64,000 nt of DNA from Tetramitus jugosus (lineage: Eukaryota > Protista > Heterolobosea), in NCBI GenBank assembly GCA_937625935.1, contig OW569358.1, positions 434,001 to 498,000 of the forward strand, written 5' to 3'. Of this stretch, positions 44,689-54,448 are shown piece by piece; position 1 is the first letter of the stretch, and the number at the start of each line of letters is the position of its first letter. The notes below the pieces were generated by a model, which was given only the letters and a program-made list of their open reading frames with translations, was not told where the DNA came from and made no database searches. A program made the position numbers and the translations under genes.

Positions 44689-45777
44689 TTAGAGCGCATA
44701 AACAAGAGCTCCAGACATTACTTCATAAGTTGACAACTTTTCTCCATCGGCCATCTCCCTTTGATTGAACACTAGTCTCACATCGGTCAGACCTGTTCTT
44801 CTCATCACAACATGTTTGATATCTCTGATCAACGTGTTGTGTGAAATGTTGTCGCTCATCGTTATCGTTGTCTTTCCACCTCTCATTTGTCTAATGTGAA
44901 TCACCATGGGCTTCACAACCATAAACATTGTAATGTGATGATTCACGTTTTCAACATCATCCTCATCATTCTTCTTATCCATCATATCGAACAAATCAAT
45001 CAAGTGCTGATCCGTCTTTAGTGACTGTCCATTCTTGACCAGTGTAATATCGTCCACATGGCATCCACCCAACTTTTTTGACAACCACTTTTTCACACTC
45101 TTGACCTTGCGTCTTTCAGGGTTCTCTGTGATGAACAAATATTCATCATTGAGGGCAGAAGTGCTGTTTTTGGAGGTGGAGTTTAGTGTTTGAGAAGAGG
45201 ACATCATTTCTTGAACACTCTTGATGTGAACATGAAAGTGGTGCTGCTGAGCTTGCTTCTCATGTTGCTCTTCAGTCGTCGTGGCAGACGTTGACTCCAA
45301 AATCTTGTCTTGTTGCTGTTCATTTTTGTGTAATGAATGAAGGCTCTCTAGTTGGGCAACTTGTTTTGTTTCTGCTGCCGTAGTTGTTGCTGTTGTGGGC
45401 ACCACCACTCTTGGTTGAACAACAACAAGGGATTGAGTGAGATCATCCAACAACGAGGGATTGACACATGAGGCGTCATTTGTACAAGAAAGATCATGAT
45501 AAGGATGTGTGTAATTCAAAAAAGCTTCATTGGAGTGAGCAAGAAACAGCACATCGTCTTGTAACAACTCTCGCAGCTCTTCTAATCGACCGCCGCGGCT
45601 CGTGTAGGCCGTCAATTCCTCAAAAGACGAGAATTGTAATTTTTTGGCGCAGGCGATTAAAAAGGCGCCAAAATCCAGTTGGAAGGAAGAAGTGTTGTCG
45701 GATCGTTCAAGGAGGATCACTCGGCCTCTTTGACGTCTGGTATCACCATTTTTGAAGATATTAATGCGAAGTAACAT
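44689..45777 (-). CDS. Doublecortin/KHA-like N-terminal domain plus C-terminal ubiquitin-like domain(s)
   Basis: RINIFKNGD...G......L..C.KKL....YT.RGG.L.....L..DDVLFLA..E.F; C-terminal IRDIK..V...TG....RLVFN.REM.D...LS.Y. Confidence 0.6.
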   Translation of the reverse strand: MLLRINIFKNGDTRRQRGRVILLERSDNTSSFQLDFGAFLIACAKKLQFSSFEELTAYTSRGGRLEELRELLQDDVLFLAHSNEAFLNYTHPYHDLSCTNDASCVNPSLLDDLTQSLVVVQPRVVVPTTATTTAAETKQVAQLESLHSLHKNEQQQDKILESTSATTTEEQHEKQAQQHHFHVHIKSVQEMMSSSQTLNSTSKNSTSALNDEYLFITENPERRKVKSVKKWLSKKLGGCHVDDITLVKNGQSLKTDQHLIDLFDMMDKKNDEDDVENVNHHITMFMVVKPMVIHIRQMRGGKTTITMSDNISHNTLIRDIKHVVMRRTGLTDVRLVFNQREMADGEKLSTYEVMSGALVYAL

Positions 45778-45909
45778 GATTTTCGAGTTTTTTTCAAGTC
45801 TTGCTCTCGTTTCTATGAGCCGACAAAAACTCTTTTGTTGTTCGGTTCCTGGATTTGAACTTTCAAAGGAATCGCGAACACGGAATATTTTAATAGTCCT
45901 ATCTCTAAC

Positions 45910-46785
45910 CTACGACAGATCATCTCTTTGTTGTTTCTTCCGCTCCCAAGGCTTGAGCTTTGACTTTGCTGTTTTGGTGGAGGTCCTAGTTGTTGTGGTA
46001 GGTGTGTTGTTGCTCTGTCTCGTGCTTGGAACACGTGCTGTTGCTTCAGTTGAGGTTGACTCCTGAACAGCAACAGAGGGTCGAGCTTGTTTCGAAACCA
46101 AGTCTTGCTCGCTCTTCTTGGGACTGGAATCCAACATATCCAAGAACGAATCTGATAGGTATTGCTTCCGTCGTTCTTTAAGCTTGGAGAGCATTTCAGA
46201 CGGAGACGAAGAAGATGACAGCTCTGGTACTGGTTCTTCGTTTTGCACAGTATGTGATCCCAGCTCTTCATCTTGTTGTTGACTTGAGCTAAACCTCGGA
46301 GCTTTCTCTTCTGGTGGAGATATCGCAGCCTCTGTAAGAGCATGATCTTTGGCATCTGGATGAGAATTGGAGGACGTTTTAATCTCCAGTTGCTTCATGC
46401 TGTCTCCAGTCAGCTGCAGCTTCCAACCCCACTTGGAGAAGAGGTTGTTCGTAGCACTCAACCATGACCTCACTTGTTGCCAGATGGACATGGAACGAAT
46501 GGATCTTGCAATGGGATGACCGGATCGAACAGTAATAGAACACACAGATATAAGAAGACCAACAAAAGAGGCAATGGTCAACCACTTGCTCACTGCATCA
46601 CCAAATGTTTTTGTTTTTCTCCTTTTTGCCGTTCTTGTTGTTGATCCTGTTGTATTCTTATATTGAAGAGGGAAAGTGTGCAACAGTGATCGTTGCATCA
46701 TGTGATACAATTCCTGATCATCACCGTAGAGAAGAGCCAGTGTCGTTGGATGATTGTTTGCATTGTAGCTGCCAAAATACTCCAT
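45910..46785 (-). CDS. Hypothetical membrane protein
   Basis: 291-aa ORF; one hydrophobic helix WLTIASFVGLLISVCSITV. Confidence 0.55.
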   Translation of the reverse strand: MEYFGSYNANNHPTTLALLYGDDQELYHMMQRSLLHTFPLQYKNTTGSTTRTAKRRKTKTFGDAVSKWLTIASFVGLLISVCSITVRSGHPIARSIRSMSIWQQVRSWLSATNNLFSKWGWKLQLTGDSMKQLEIKTSSNSHPDAKDHALTEAAISPPEEKAPRFSSSQQQDEELGSHTVQNEEPVPELSSSSSPSEMLSKLKERRKQYLSDSFLDMLDSSPKKSEQDLVSKQARPSVAVQESTSTEATARVPSTRQSNNTPTTTTRTSTKTAKSKLKPWERKKQQRDDLS

Positions 46786-46891
46786 TTTGCGCGGGAACTT
46801 TCTTTTTTTTCAGTCTTGTGTGGTGGGATTGCGTGAGAGCTGTTTTGATCAGCATGCTGTGGTTGAGTTTGACAACACTTTTTTTATTCTG

Positions 46892-47312
46892 TTACGATGG
46901 TCTTGTTCCGTTCTGAATCTGTCCTAGGTCTTCAGTCAGACTTTGTAGATAAGCAGCCATGAGATAATGCTCCATCGTAGCTTCATCATCATCACCCTGT
47001 GACTTCACACTCACAGCATACTGCAGCGTTTCCATGTTGGCCCACATTGTTGTCACACTCTGATCTTGATTGGTCTTGTTGACCTGTAGTACCAAAATGC
47101 TGCATTGAAGATCACTTGTATATTGTGGTTGTTGCTGTTGTTGAGAGTACAATTGTTGTTGGTTCATACTGTTGTTGTTGCGGTGGTGGTCTTCACTGGT
47201 TGCTGGTTAAGGTGTTGTTGGATCAAGTGTCTCTCGAGATATTTGGTCAGGTTCAAAGCTTACTTTGAAGAGTTAGTTGCGGTAGTGGTGTTTTGTTGGT
47301 GTTGGATATCAT
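46892..47312 (-). CDS. Small Q/N-rich hypothetical protein; intron 47203-47263
   Basis: ATG at 47312; a phase-1 GTAAGC..CCTTAACCAG intron joins it to the 91-aa ORF. Confidence 0.5.
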
Positions 47313-47477
47313 GATGTTGCGCGTCGTGACAGCAACATTTGAAAGGCGTCATTCACGACGGTACCACGGTACTGATCATGAAGGTATTTTGTTTTTGGTT
47401 TCTGTTGGTATCCCAGATATTATTGGGACTACGAATTTGGCGGGAAATTTAGTGTGAATTTATTGGGAACTGTTCCT

Positions 47478-48701
47478 CTACTTTCGCACGAGTGACATCA
47501 TCTTCGTTCTTCCCTTTTGTGTCAGTTTTTCACCAGCTTCTCTACCGCTCAACTTGATCACCTTATGGTTACCTATGACTCCATCATATGGTCCCATTGT
47601 CAATGAATAGGATGACCTTACTGAATCGAAGGTCCTTTCTACTAGTAACTCATGGTTGTCGACACCTTCGGAGAGCAATACAATGTTTTTGGCTGCAATT
47701 TTTCCTTCTTCACTTCCGCCGCTCGCTAGTTTCTCGCAGGGTACACTGTTCGCATCCCCAACTGAGAATATACTGCTGTGGTTGATGGATTGTAGATGGG
47801 TGTTGACTTTGACAAGGCCAGATTCATCAAGAGCAACCCCACTGTCTTTCAACCACTCTGTAGCTGGTTTCATACCTCCACACCACAAGATCATGCTCAC
47901 ATTGTCGATAGATGCGCTATCCTTGTCCAGTGAGTACCCAGATGGTGTAAGTAAGACAGTTTTCTTCACTTGGCAGTTCATCTCATCTAAGGAGCATCCA
48001 CTTTGTTCAACTCTGGCTCTTCTTCCGAGATGAACTTCAACACCATTCTCTCTCATGAAATTCATCAGATATCCACGAAGAAGTTCTGTCTGGACCTTAT
48101 CCTTCAATGACGATCTGCTATGCACAAGAGTAATCTTAAATGGTTGTTCTCTTGACTTGTTCATTTCGACGAGTTCACCCACCATTTCAATGCCCAAGCT
48201 TCCTCCACCTACAATGACGACATGATTGTTATCTGGAGAGTTCAACTGCTGCTGGAATTTCTCAAAATCTTTCTTTCGCATGTCTGGATTCACAAACTCA
48301 TTAAGATTGGGTTTGATGTAAGGAGTAGCATAGTAGCAACCGTTGGCCAGAACTAGGAAATCATATGGCAGTTCCTCATGTTCCTGCTGATCTCTTTTTC
48401 GGATAGTAATATGCTTCAATGAAGCGTTCAATGACACAGCTTCAGAATGAGTAAGCATGTTCACAGTGTGCCCATTTCTCTCGTATATTGGTTTCAAATC
48501 TTTCAGTAACACGTGAGTTCCGGAGTTGAACTCTGATGGTTGGGCTAAAAATCTGAGCGAATAGATGGATGATTCTACGAAGTCCTTCTTTTCGATGACA
48601 GAAATGTTAAATGGTACAGCCGACTGGCTGGTGAGTCTAGATGCACATGTTAAGCCGGAAATTCCAGCTCCTACGATCACAATGTTCTTCTTTGGAGTCA
48701 T
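47478..48701 (-). CDS. FAD/NAD(P)H oxidoreductase, AIFM2/FSP1 (AMID)-like
   Basis: IVIVGAGISG, YDFLVLANG, VVIVGGGSLGIEMVGEL, VKVNTHLQ, IFSVGD. Confidence 0.88.
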   Translation of the reverse strand: MTPKKNIVIVGAGISGLTCASRLTSQSAVPFNISVIEKKDFVESSIYSLRFLAQPSEFNSGTHVLLKDLKPIYERNGHTVNMLTHSEAVSLNASLKHITIRKRDQQEHEELPYDFLVLANGCYYATPYIKPNLNEFVNPDMRKKDFEKFQQQLNSPDNNHVVIVGGGSLGIEMVGELVEMNKSREQPFKITLVHSRSSLKDKVQTELLRGYLMNFMRENGVEVHLGRRARVEQSGCSLDEMNCQVKKTVLLTPSGYSLDKDSASIDNVSMILWCGGMKPATEWLKDSGVALDESGLVKVNTHLQSINHSSIFSVGDANSVPCEKLASGGSEEGKIAAKNIVLLSEGVDNHELLVERTFDSVRSSYSLTMGPYDGVIGNHKVIKLSGREAGEKLTQKGRTKMMSLVRK

Positions 48702-49091
48702 ATCTTGGTTGTGTTCCTTGTTGCATTTTCATCTCAAGGACAATAAACCTTTTAAATGGACGATACCACGAATATTGAAGGAATAGTGGGATTTCTAATG
48801 TTTACCCGTCGAAGGTTTTATTCCAAAAGCTCTGCGATTTTGGAAGGAGACAGGAGAAGTTCTTATTATGAGTAAGAGAAAGCCCAAATATGCTAACTAT
48901 TACTTTTTGTCCTCCCGGAAGTCCGAAGGTCATAAAGTGCGAAAAGGAATTGGAATTCGGCATTGGCGCAAATCGCTCGGATACAGTGTATTTCTTTATC
49001 TCATATGTTACTCCCATACAATGACCTGGGTTGTTCGATGATAGGGCAGTTTGTAAACAGGAAAATTTTACTTCCTTTCATCAAACTTTGT

Positions 49092-50294
49092 TTATTTGAA
49101 AACGGACTTCCAGGGATCTTCAACGACTTGAACCTTCTTTAGTGCATTCTTTTGATTGACAATTGTGGTGTGTAGGTCACCTTTGAGATCAGCTGCAATG
49201 TTCTTGGCACTGTTCAACATCTTTGTTGGTGCAAGTTTCTTTGCAAACTTACTGACTCCTCCGAAAGACTTCTTTTCTGTGGTTTCCTCTTGATCTTCTA
49301 CAAATTGTTGCTCCACCTCTTCCTCCTCCTCTTGTTGAATATGAGTATTGGTGTCCACTTGTTGAGCAGAATGAATAATTGCATCTCTATGCTTCTCATA
49401 CACATCCTTTGACCATTCATTCTCTGCATAGTAACTCTTGAGCTCATGAATTTGATCGACTTGTTCCTCAGACAACTCCAAAGAACTGAGATATTCATTG
49501 TCATACTCCAAATCATCAGCAGCATCATCAGCTGAGCTCTCTTGCTTGGTCACCACCACCTCTTCTTCCTCTTCATCATATTCTTCTTCTTCTTCTACTT
49601 GGAGATTCAAATCATCTTGTTCAATTACAACCTCTTGTTGTTCCGGTTCTTCTTCAACGACATTCGTGGAAATTACACTTAGCAAGTCCAATTTCATTTG
49701 TTGATACAATTCGATTGAAATTTCACCCTTGTTCACTTGTTCTACATATTGCAACAATAGAGTCAATTCTTCTAAACCAATGTCCAACTCTGCAATCTCT
49801 TCATCCATGAACAATGTTGCTACCGGTGCGGTTTTGGAAGTTTGTTCTTCTTCATTCAACAATTGTTCGCTCACCACCACCGCCACCTCTTCTTCTTCTT
49901 TTTCTTCTTGGTTTTTATCTTCTTCTTCTTCTACAATTACACGAGAGTGTTCTTCTTCTTTTTGTTCAACACTACTCGGAACAACATGTGGTACAGCTTC
50001 AACTTGAACTTGTTTCGCTTGTTGTTCCACAACAAGTGTGACAAATTGTGAATCCTCCTGTTGAGATTGTTGTTTGGTTGTGACAATTTTTGTTGTCTCA
50101 TCATCATCATTATTGTTATGTACTACTACTACAGTGGAATGTTCTTGTTGTTGTTGTGGTGTCACAACCTTCTCATCATGATGATCTGGTTGTTCTTGCG
50201 TTGGAGAAGCAGAAGAAGAACCGAGTGAATTTTTAATGAAGGCACCCACGAGGACAATACCAACGATAAGTCCAGATATTACAGCAAATGACAT
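49092..50294 (-). CDS. Highly acidic (E/Q-rich) protein with N-terminal signal anchor
   Basis: MSFAVISGLIVGIVLVGAFI then an E/Q/V-rich body and basic C-terminus. Confidence 0.7.
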   Translation of the reverse strand: MSFAVISGLIVGIVLVGAFIKNSLGSSSASPTQEQPDHHDEKVVTPQQQQEHSTVVVVHNNNDDDETTKIVTTKQQSQQEDSQFVTLVVEQQAKQVQVEAVPHVVPSSVEQKEEEHSRVIVEEEEDKNQEEKEEEEVAVVVSEQLLNEEEQTSKTAPVATLFMDEEIAELDIGLEELTLLLQYVEQVNKGEISIELYQQMKLDLLSVISTNVVEEEPEQQEVVIEQDDLNLQVEEEEEYDEEEEEVVVTKQESSADDAADDLEYDNEYLSSLELSEEQVDQIHELKSYYAENEWSKDVYEKHRDAIIHSAQQVDTNTHIQQEEEEEVEQQFVEDQEETTEKKSFGGVSKFAKKLAPTKMLNSAKNIAADLKGDLHTTIVNQKNALKKVQVVEDPWKSVFK

Positions 50295-50512
50295 TTCTTG
50301 AGGATTGCAAGTTACTTATTGAATAGGGACGGACGTCTGGTGGTGTGCTTTCGGTTTTGTTGGTGTCAAACGTTGGGTCAATAGCCGTGAAGGGTTTTTG
50401 GTGCGAATCATGCACAGGTGACTTTGACATGAGACTTCACCTGCCAAATTTTTTAAAACTCCGCGTACCCTATCTTCCGATTGTGATGTGAAACGAAAGC
50501 AAATCGTGTGTG

Positions 50513-51898
50513 ATGACCATTGAGACAACTTCGGTGGAAGATTTGTTGAAGATCGAATGTGATCCAAGCTCTAGAGCCACAACCTTCACTCGTGACTATC
50601 TCACACCTTTCCTGTTGAGCAAAGAGAGAGATGACTTGTGTTTGATACGAAATATACCCTTGTCAAGGTCAAGTCCCATTCAATTGTCTGCCATTCAATT
50701 AAAATCTGAACTATCTCAGGCCACTTCTGGCACGGATAAGGATAAAAATGCTGTTTGTAAACTGTTGCCGCTCGTGGTCAACCGGCAACCAAAATTCTGG
50801 ATTGACAAGAATTTGGCTTACACGGTTTCTCCTTTCAATCATTTCATTACTTATGGATTGGACGAGTTGCACATGTACCCTATATTTTGGGTTGTTCAAT
50901 GGTTACTAACAGGTTTATTGTGGGTGATGGCTCTCGTGCTTCAATTAGTCAAGATTGACCGTATTGTTATGCCTTGTAATTACATGTTGTCCACGAGTTT
51001 ACACTCTGGAATGAATGGCAAGGAAATTGAGTCTATCACTCATTATTTGAAAGAAAAGTACTCTGACAGTGCAATTATGATACGAGGTGTCAACGACGCC
51101 ATCACCGCTGATTTGAAAACTAGATTGGAGAAGCAAGGCTATAAAATGCTGATTAGTCGAGTCATTTATTGGTCTGATCCATCAAAACCTGAAACATGGA
51201 AAATGAGATCGTTGAATCAAGACCTCAAATTATTTTACGATATTGTGGAACCTTTTGAACCATACCTCAAACTCCAACTGCCCAGGAAATCGAATCTGGT
51301 TCCCCACCAGCACCGCTACAAACTACTGGACAACGAGTTGTTATCAACAAAATTACAGAATTCAAATCCGATAGAGAGACAGGAGATTCTTTTGCGATGC
51401 GAACAAATCTATAACATGTTGTATCTGGGCAAGTACTCGAAGTGCAACATACAATTTACCTGGCAATTATTGGACCAATTTTTGAAAAAGGACACATGGC
51501 AATTCAGAGCTCTTGAAAATATAGAAACTGGAGTCATTGATGGAATTATTGGCTTTTATCTTCTGGACTATGTGGGCTATGATACTGAGGGAATGCCATC
51601 CACTCAACAACGAATAATGACCGTTCCACTTTTAGGATATGACACATCAAAACAAGATGGATATCTCTATAGACTTTTATCTTGTGTCATTGCTATAGAA
51701 GGCAAACGAAACGGTGCCATTCTCAATCAATCTAGCGGGGCTTCAAAATTTAAGATGTTTCGAGGTTGTTCCAAAGCGTTTGAGTACTTTGCTATATATG
51801 ATAAGCACTTGCCGTGGTACAGAAAATGCATTTGGTCCCTAATGTATTACTTGCTGGAATTCTGTGCAAAACCAGTTGTTCTAAAATATGAACTCTAG
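50513..51898 (+). CDS. Bacterial-type GNAT/FemAB-fold-like hypothetical protein
   Basis: YTVSPFNHFITYG.DEL, NYMLSTSL, AIMIRGVN, SRVIY, LY.GKYS..N.QFT, TVPLLGYDTS...LYRLLS, NQSSGASKFKMFRG. Confidence 0.65.
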   Translation: MTIETTSVEDLLKIECDPSSRATTFTRDYLTPFLLSKERDDLCLIRNIPLSRSSPIQLSAIQLKSELSQATSGTDKDKNAVCKLLPLVVNRQPKFWIDKNLAYTVSPFNHFITYGLDELHMYPIFWVVQWLLTGLLWVMALVLQLVKIDRIVMPCNYMLSTSLHSGMNGKEIESITHYLKEKYSDSAIMIRGVNDAITADLKTRLEKQGYKMLISRVIYWSDPSKPETWKMRSLNQDLKLFYDIVEPFEPYLKLQLPRKSNLVPHQHRYKLLDNELLSTKLQNSNPIERQEILLRCEQIYNMLYLGKYSKCNIQFTWQLLDQFLKKDTWQFRALENIETGVIDGIIGFYLLDYVGYDTEGMPSTQQRIMTVPLLGYDTSKQDGYLYRLLSCVIAIEGKRNGAILNQSSGASKFKMFRGCSKAFEYFAIYDKHLPWYRKCIWSLMYYLLEFCAKPVVLKYEL

Positions 51899-51925
51899 TA
51901 TTTTAGCTACCCACTGGGTTTATTA

Positions 51926-54316
51926 TCAAATTAACTTATAGAGGCGAGTAACAAGTTTGTAGCCATACTTTTCCACTTGAAAGCGAGCTGAACTGATGGA
52001 GTCACTTTCCGAGAAAATGTGATAGAAGTTGATGAAATCCGGAGAGAAAGAGACTGAATTCTTATCTCCAGCGTAATAGTTTGCACTAGACCAATCATAC
52101 AGTGTGATAGTGAAGTCTCTGGACCATTTTTCTTTGTGTAATGGTTGCCAAACAATGCTGGATAATTGACCAGGATAGTCCCACATCACTCCAATTTTGT
52201 CCTTTGACTTGGAAAGAATGTGCCAACACCTTCCAGTGGGTGTTCGGGTGTTTGGATTCTGAGAAACTGCAATGTCAAAACCAGATTGTATCACTCTTGT
52301 CAACAGATGATCGAAGTTTTCCGAGATATCAATGTGCCTCAAGATGCTTTCACCAACGCAATCGTCATACTGCTTGAAGTTCAAAAATCTATGTTTCGAA
52401 ACAGATCCATCTATCGTCATAATCCACCCTGGCTTGTCTTCTAAAAGAGCGACCAAGTTAGGTCCCGAGTAGATGTCAAATGATCGATAAGGTCGCCGAT
52501 GAATCGCTCTCATTTCCACTGAGACAACACTGTCCTCGGAGGACAACAATCCAGACGAAACTGATTTGCTCTTTCGATTTGATGGGTCGGAAGATCTAAC
52601 CATGTTCACCAAATGATCGATGGGATGAGCCTCGGGCTTATAATTCAGAATAAGCCATAGTATGCATCGAACAAACCCAATAAAGCTAATTTTTGTCTCA
52701 GTTCTGTCTGTCACAGAATAATTGAAAAACTCTTGATATCTGTTATCGACAACTCCCTTGAAATACTCTTCCCTAAATAACTTCAAACAAGACAGGTGAG
52801 GTCAGCAGTTCATTAACATAAACTTAACATTTACACCTACCTTGTACTTCTCTAGTGTTAATAAGGTGGGATTGTATGGATTGTTGATCTTGCAGTATCG
52901 TGTAAAAATTGGATCCAGTCCAACCACAATCTCAGGCCCAATCTCAAACTTGGGAACATAATCCACATAGCTAAAAGACAATTTTTCTTTGGAGTACTTC
53001 GTAGCCTTGTCCACACAGTTTGTGGCATACACTCCCACAGAAACCACTCGACAAATCTCAACTTCAAGTGTCTGTTGATGTTCTGTTGGTATCACATCAA
53101 CGTTCACTGAGTTTTGTTGCTCTGTTATTCCCACTTCTTCACTCTTTGGAGTGATAAAGTTGATTTCAGATGAGGTATGACTATTTACTGGCACTAATTT
53201 TCCACCAAACTGGACCCATACTCCTCCTAAACGATCATCGAAATCTTGTCCTGAAATTGTGACAACGCTTCCTCCATCGTGAGATCCTTTATCTGGATAC
53301 AAGGATTTCAAGGAAGGTACCCGAACAGAATTCAGATCAAACATATCATTTTGCAAGGAAACACCGAAATATCGATCGTACGGCTCAGACCACGACTCTA
53401 TGAACGCTATGATCTTTTCATGGTTGGTGGTGTAGAGTTTCGTGTATTGAGGTTTCGAGTAAATATAGAGAGCAATTCGAAGTACACAATCAGCAAACTG
53501 CTTAAGATCCAAGTACATTGAGTCCATGTCGCGTTCATTCTGCTCAAATAGTCTGAAGAATCGAACGACGTCCATAGGAGATATCTGACTCGGATAAAAC
53601 TGAAACTTCTTAGCCCAAGTGTTGAATGATTCTATCGACATTACATATCTCTTCTCGTTGTTTGTAATTTCGTCAGTATTATCATCAATATTCTCTGAGT
53701 ATGTCTCAAATATCTTCGTCATGAATTAGCATTATTCGAACTCTTGTAGAATCGAGGCTGATAGTTTCTCTACTTACTCTCTCAAAACACTTTTCATAAG
53801 TATAATAGAGCTTCATATACGAATAATCATCACTGAATGAAATAGTGGGCGTCGCATTGAGGTACATTGGCAGAATACTATCATTCGAAAAAATATCACT
53901 GAGCATTTTCTCAAACGCCTCTATTCTTTTCTCGCTCTTCTGTTTCAGCTTACTTCTTAGGCAAGCAACCTCATATAGAGCAATGATAAAGTTCTCAAAT
54001 CTCATATCATGATTGTTTCCTGATGTCGCTACATAAATCAAATCAATATCCTTTTGACTAATACTTGAATCAATGAAGCCAAAGGTATCCAGGAATGCTC
54101 GAAACTTGGCAGAAGAAAGAAATTGAGGGAATGTTCTGCCTCCTCCATGAACGCAGGCACCTTTGAAAATCTCCCTTAATTTTGCTGCAATCAACAATGT
54201 CAGAACGGCGGCCTTCACATCCAGAGTACTAGGTTTTACATACCCTGAATTGCAGCATTTTCTCTGCTCCTGATAAAAGATAGGGCATCATGCATGTGAT
54301 CATTGCTGCTCGGCAT
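51926..54316 (-). CDS. Multi-exon protein with EF-hand-like helical repeats and an IPT/TIG domain; introns 52781-52840, 53714-53777 and one near 54187-54243
   Basis: Phase-0 GTAGGT/GTAAGT introns join three ORFs; TIG motif LKSLYPDKGSHDGGSVVTISGQDF...V.FGG....EINFITP; first exon uncertain. Confidence 0.7.
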
Positions 54317-54448
54317 GTTTCCTTTGAATGTTTGCTGCGTTGTTATGTCTGTCAATCACGTGTCAAAAAAATTTTGTCCTTGATCTTCTAATCAATTGTT
54401 CTTTACATTGGTTTATCAAAAATTAAGTGTACAGGCCAAACTAGTAAC

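Noticed and set aside
48802-49017. 71-aa ORF between the FSP1-like and acidic-protein genes
   Set aside because: Short, with no recognisable motif; cannot be distinguished from intergenic sequence.
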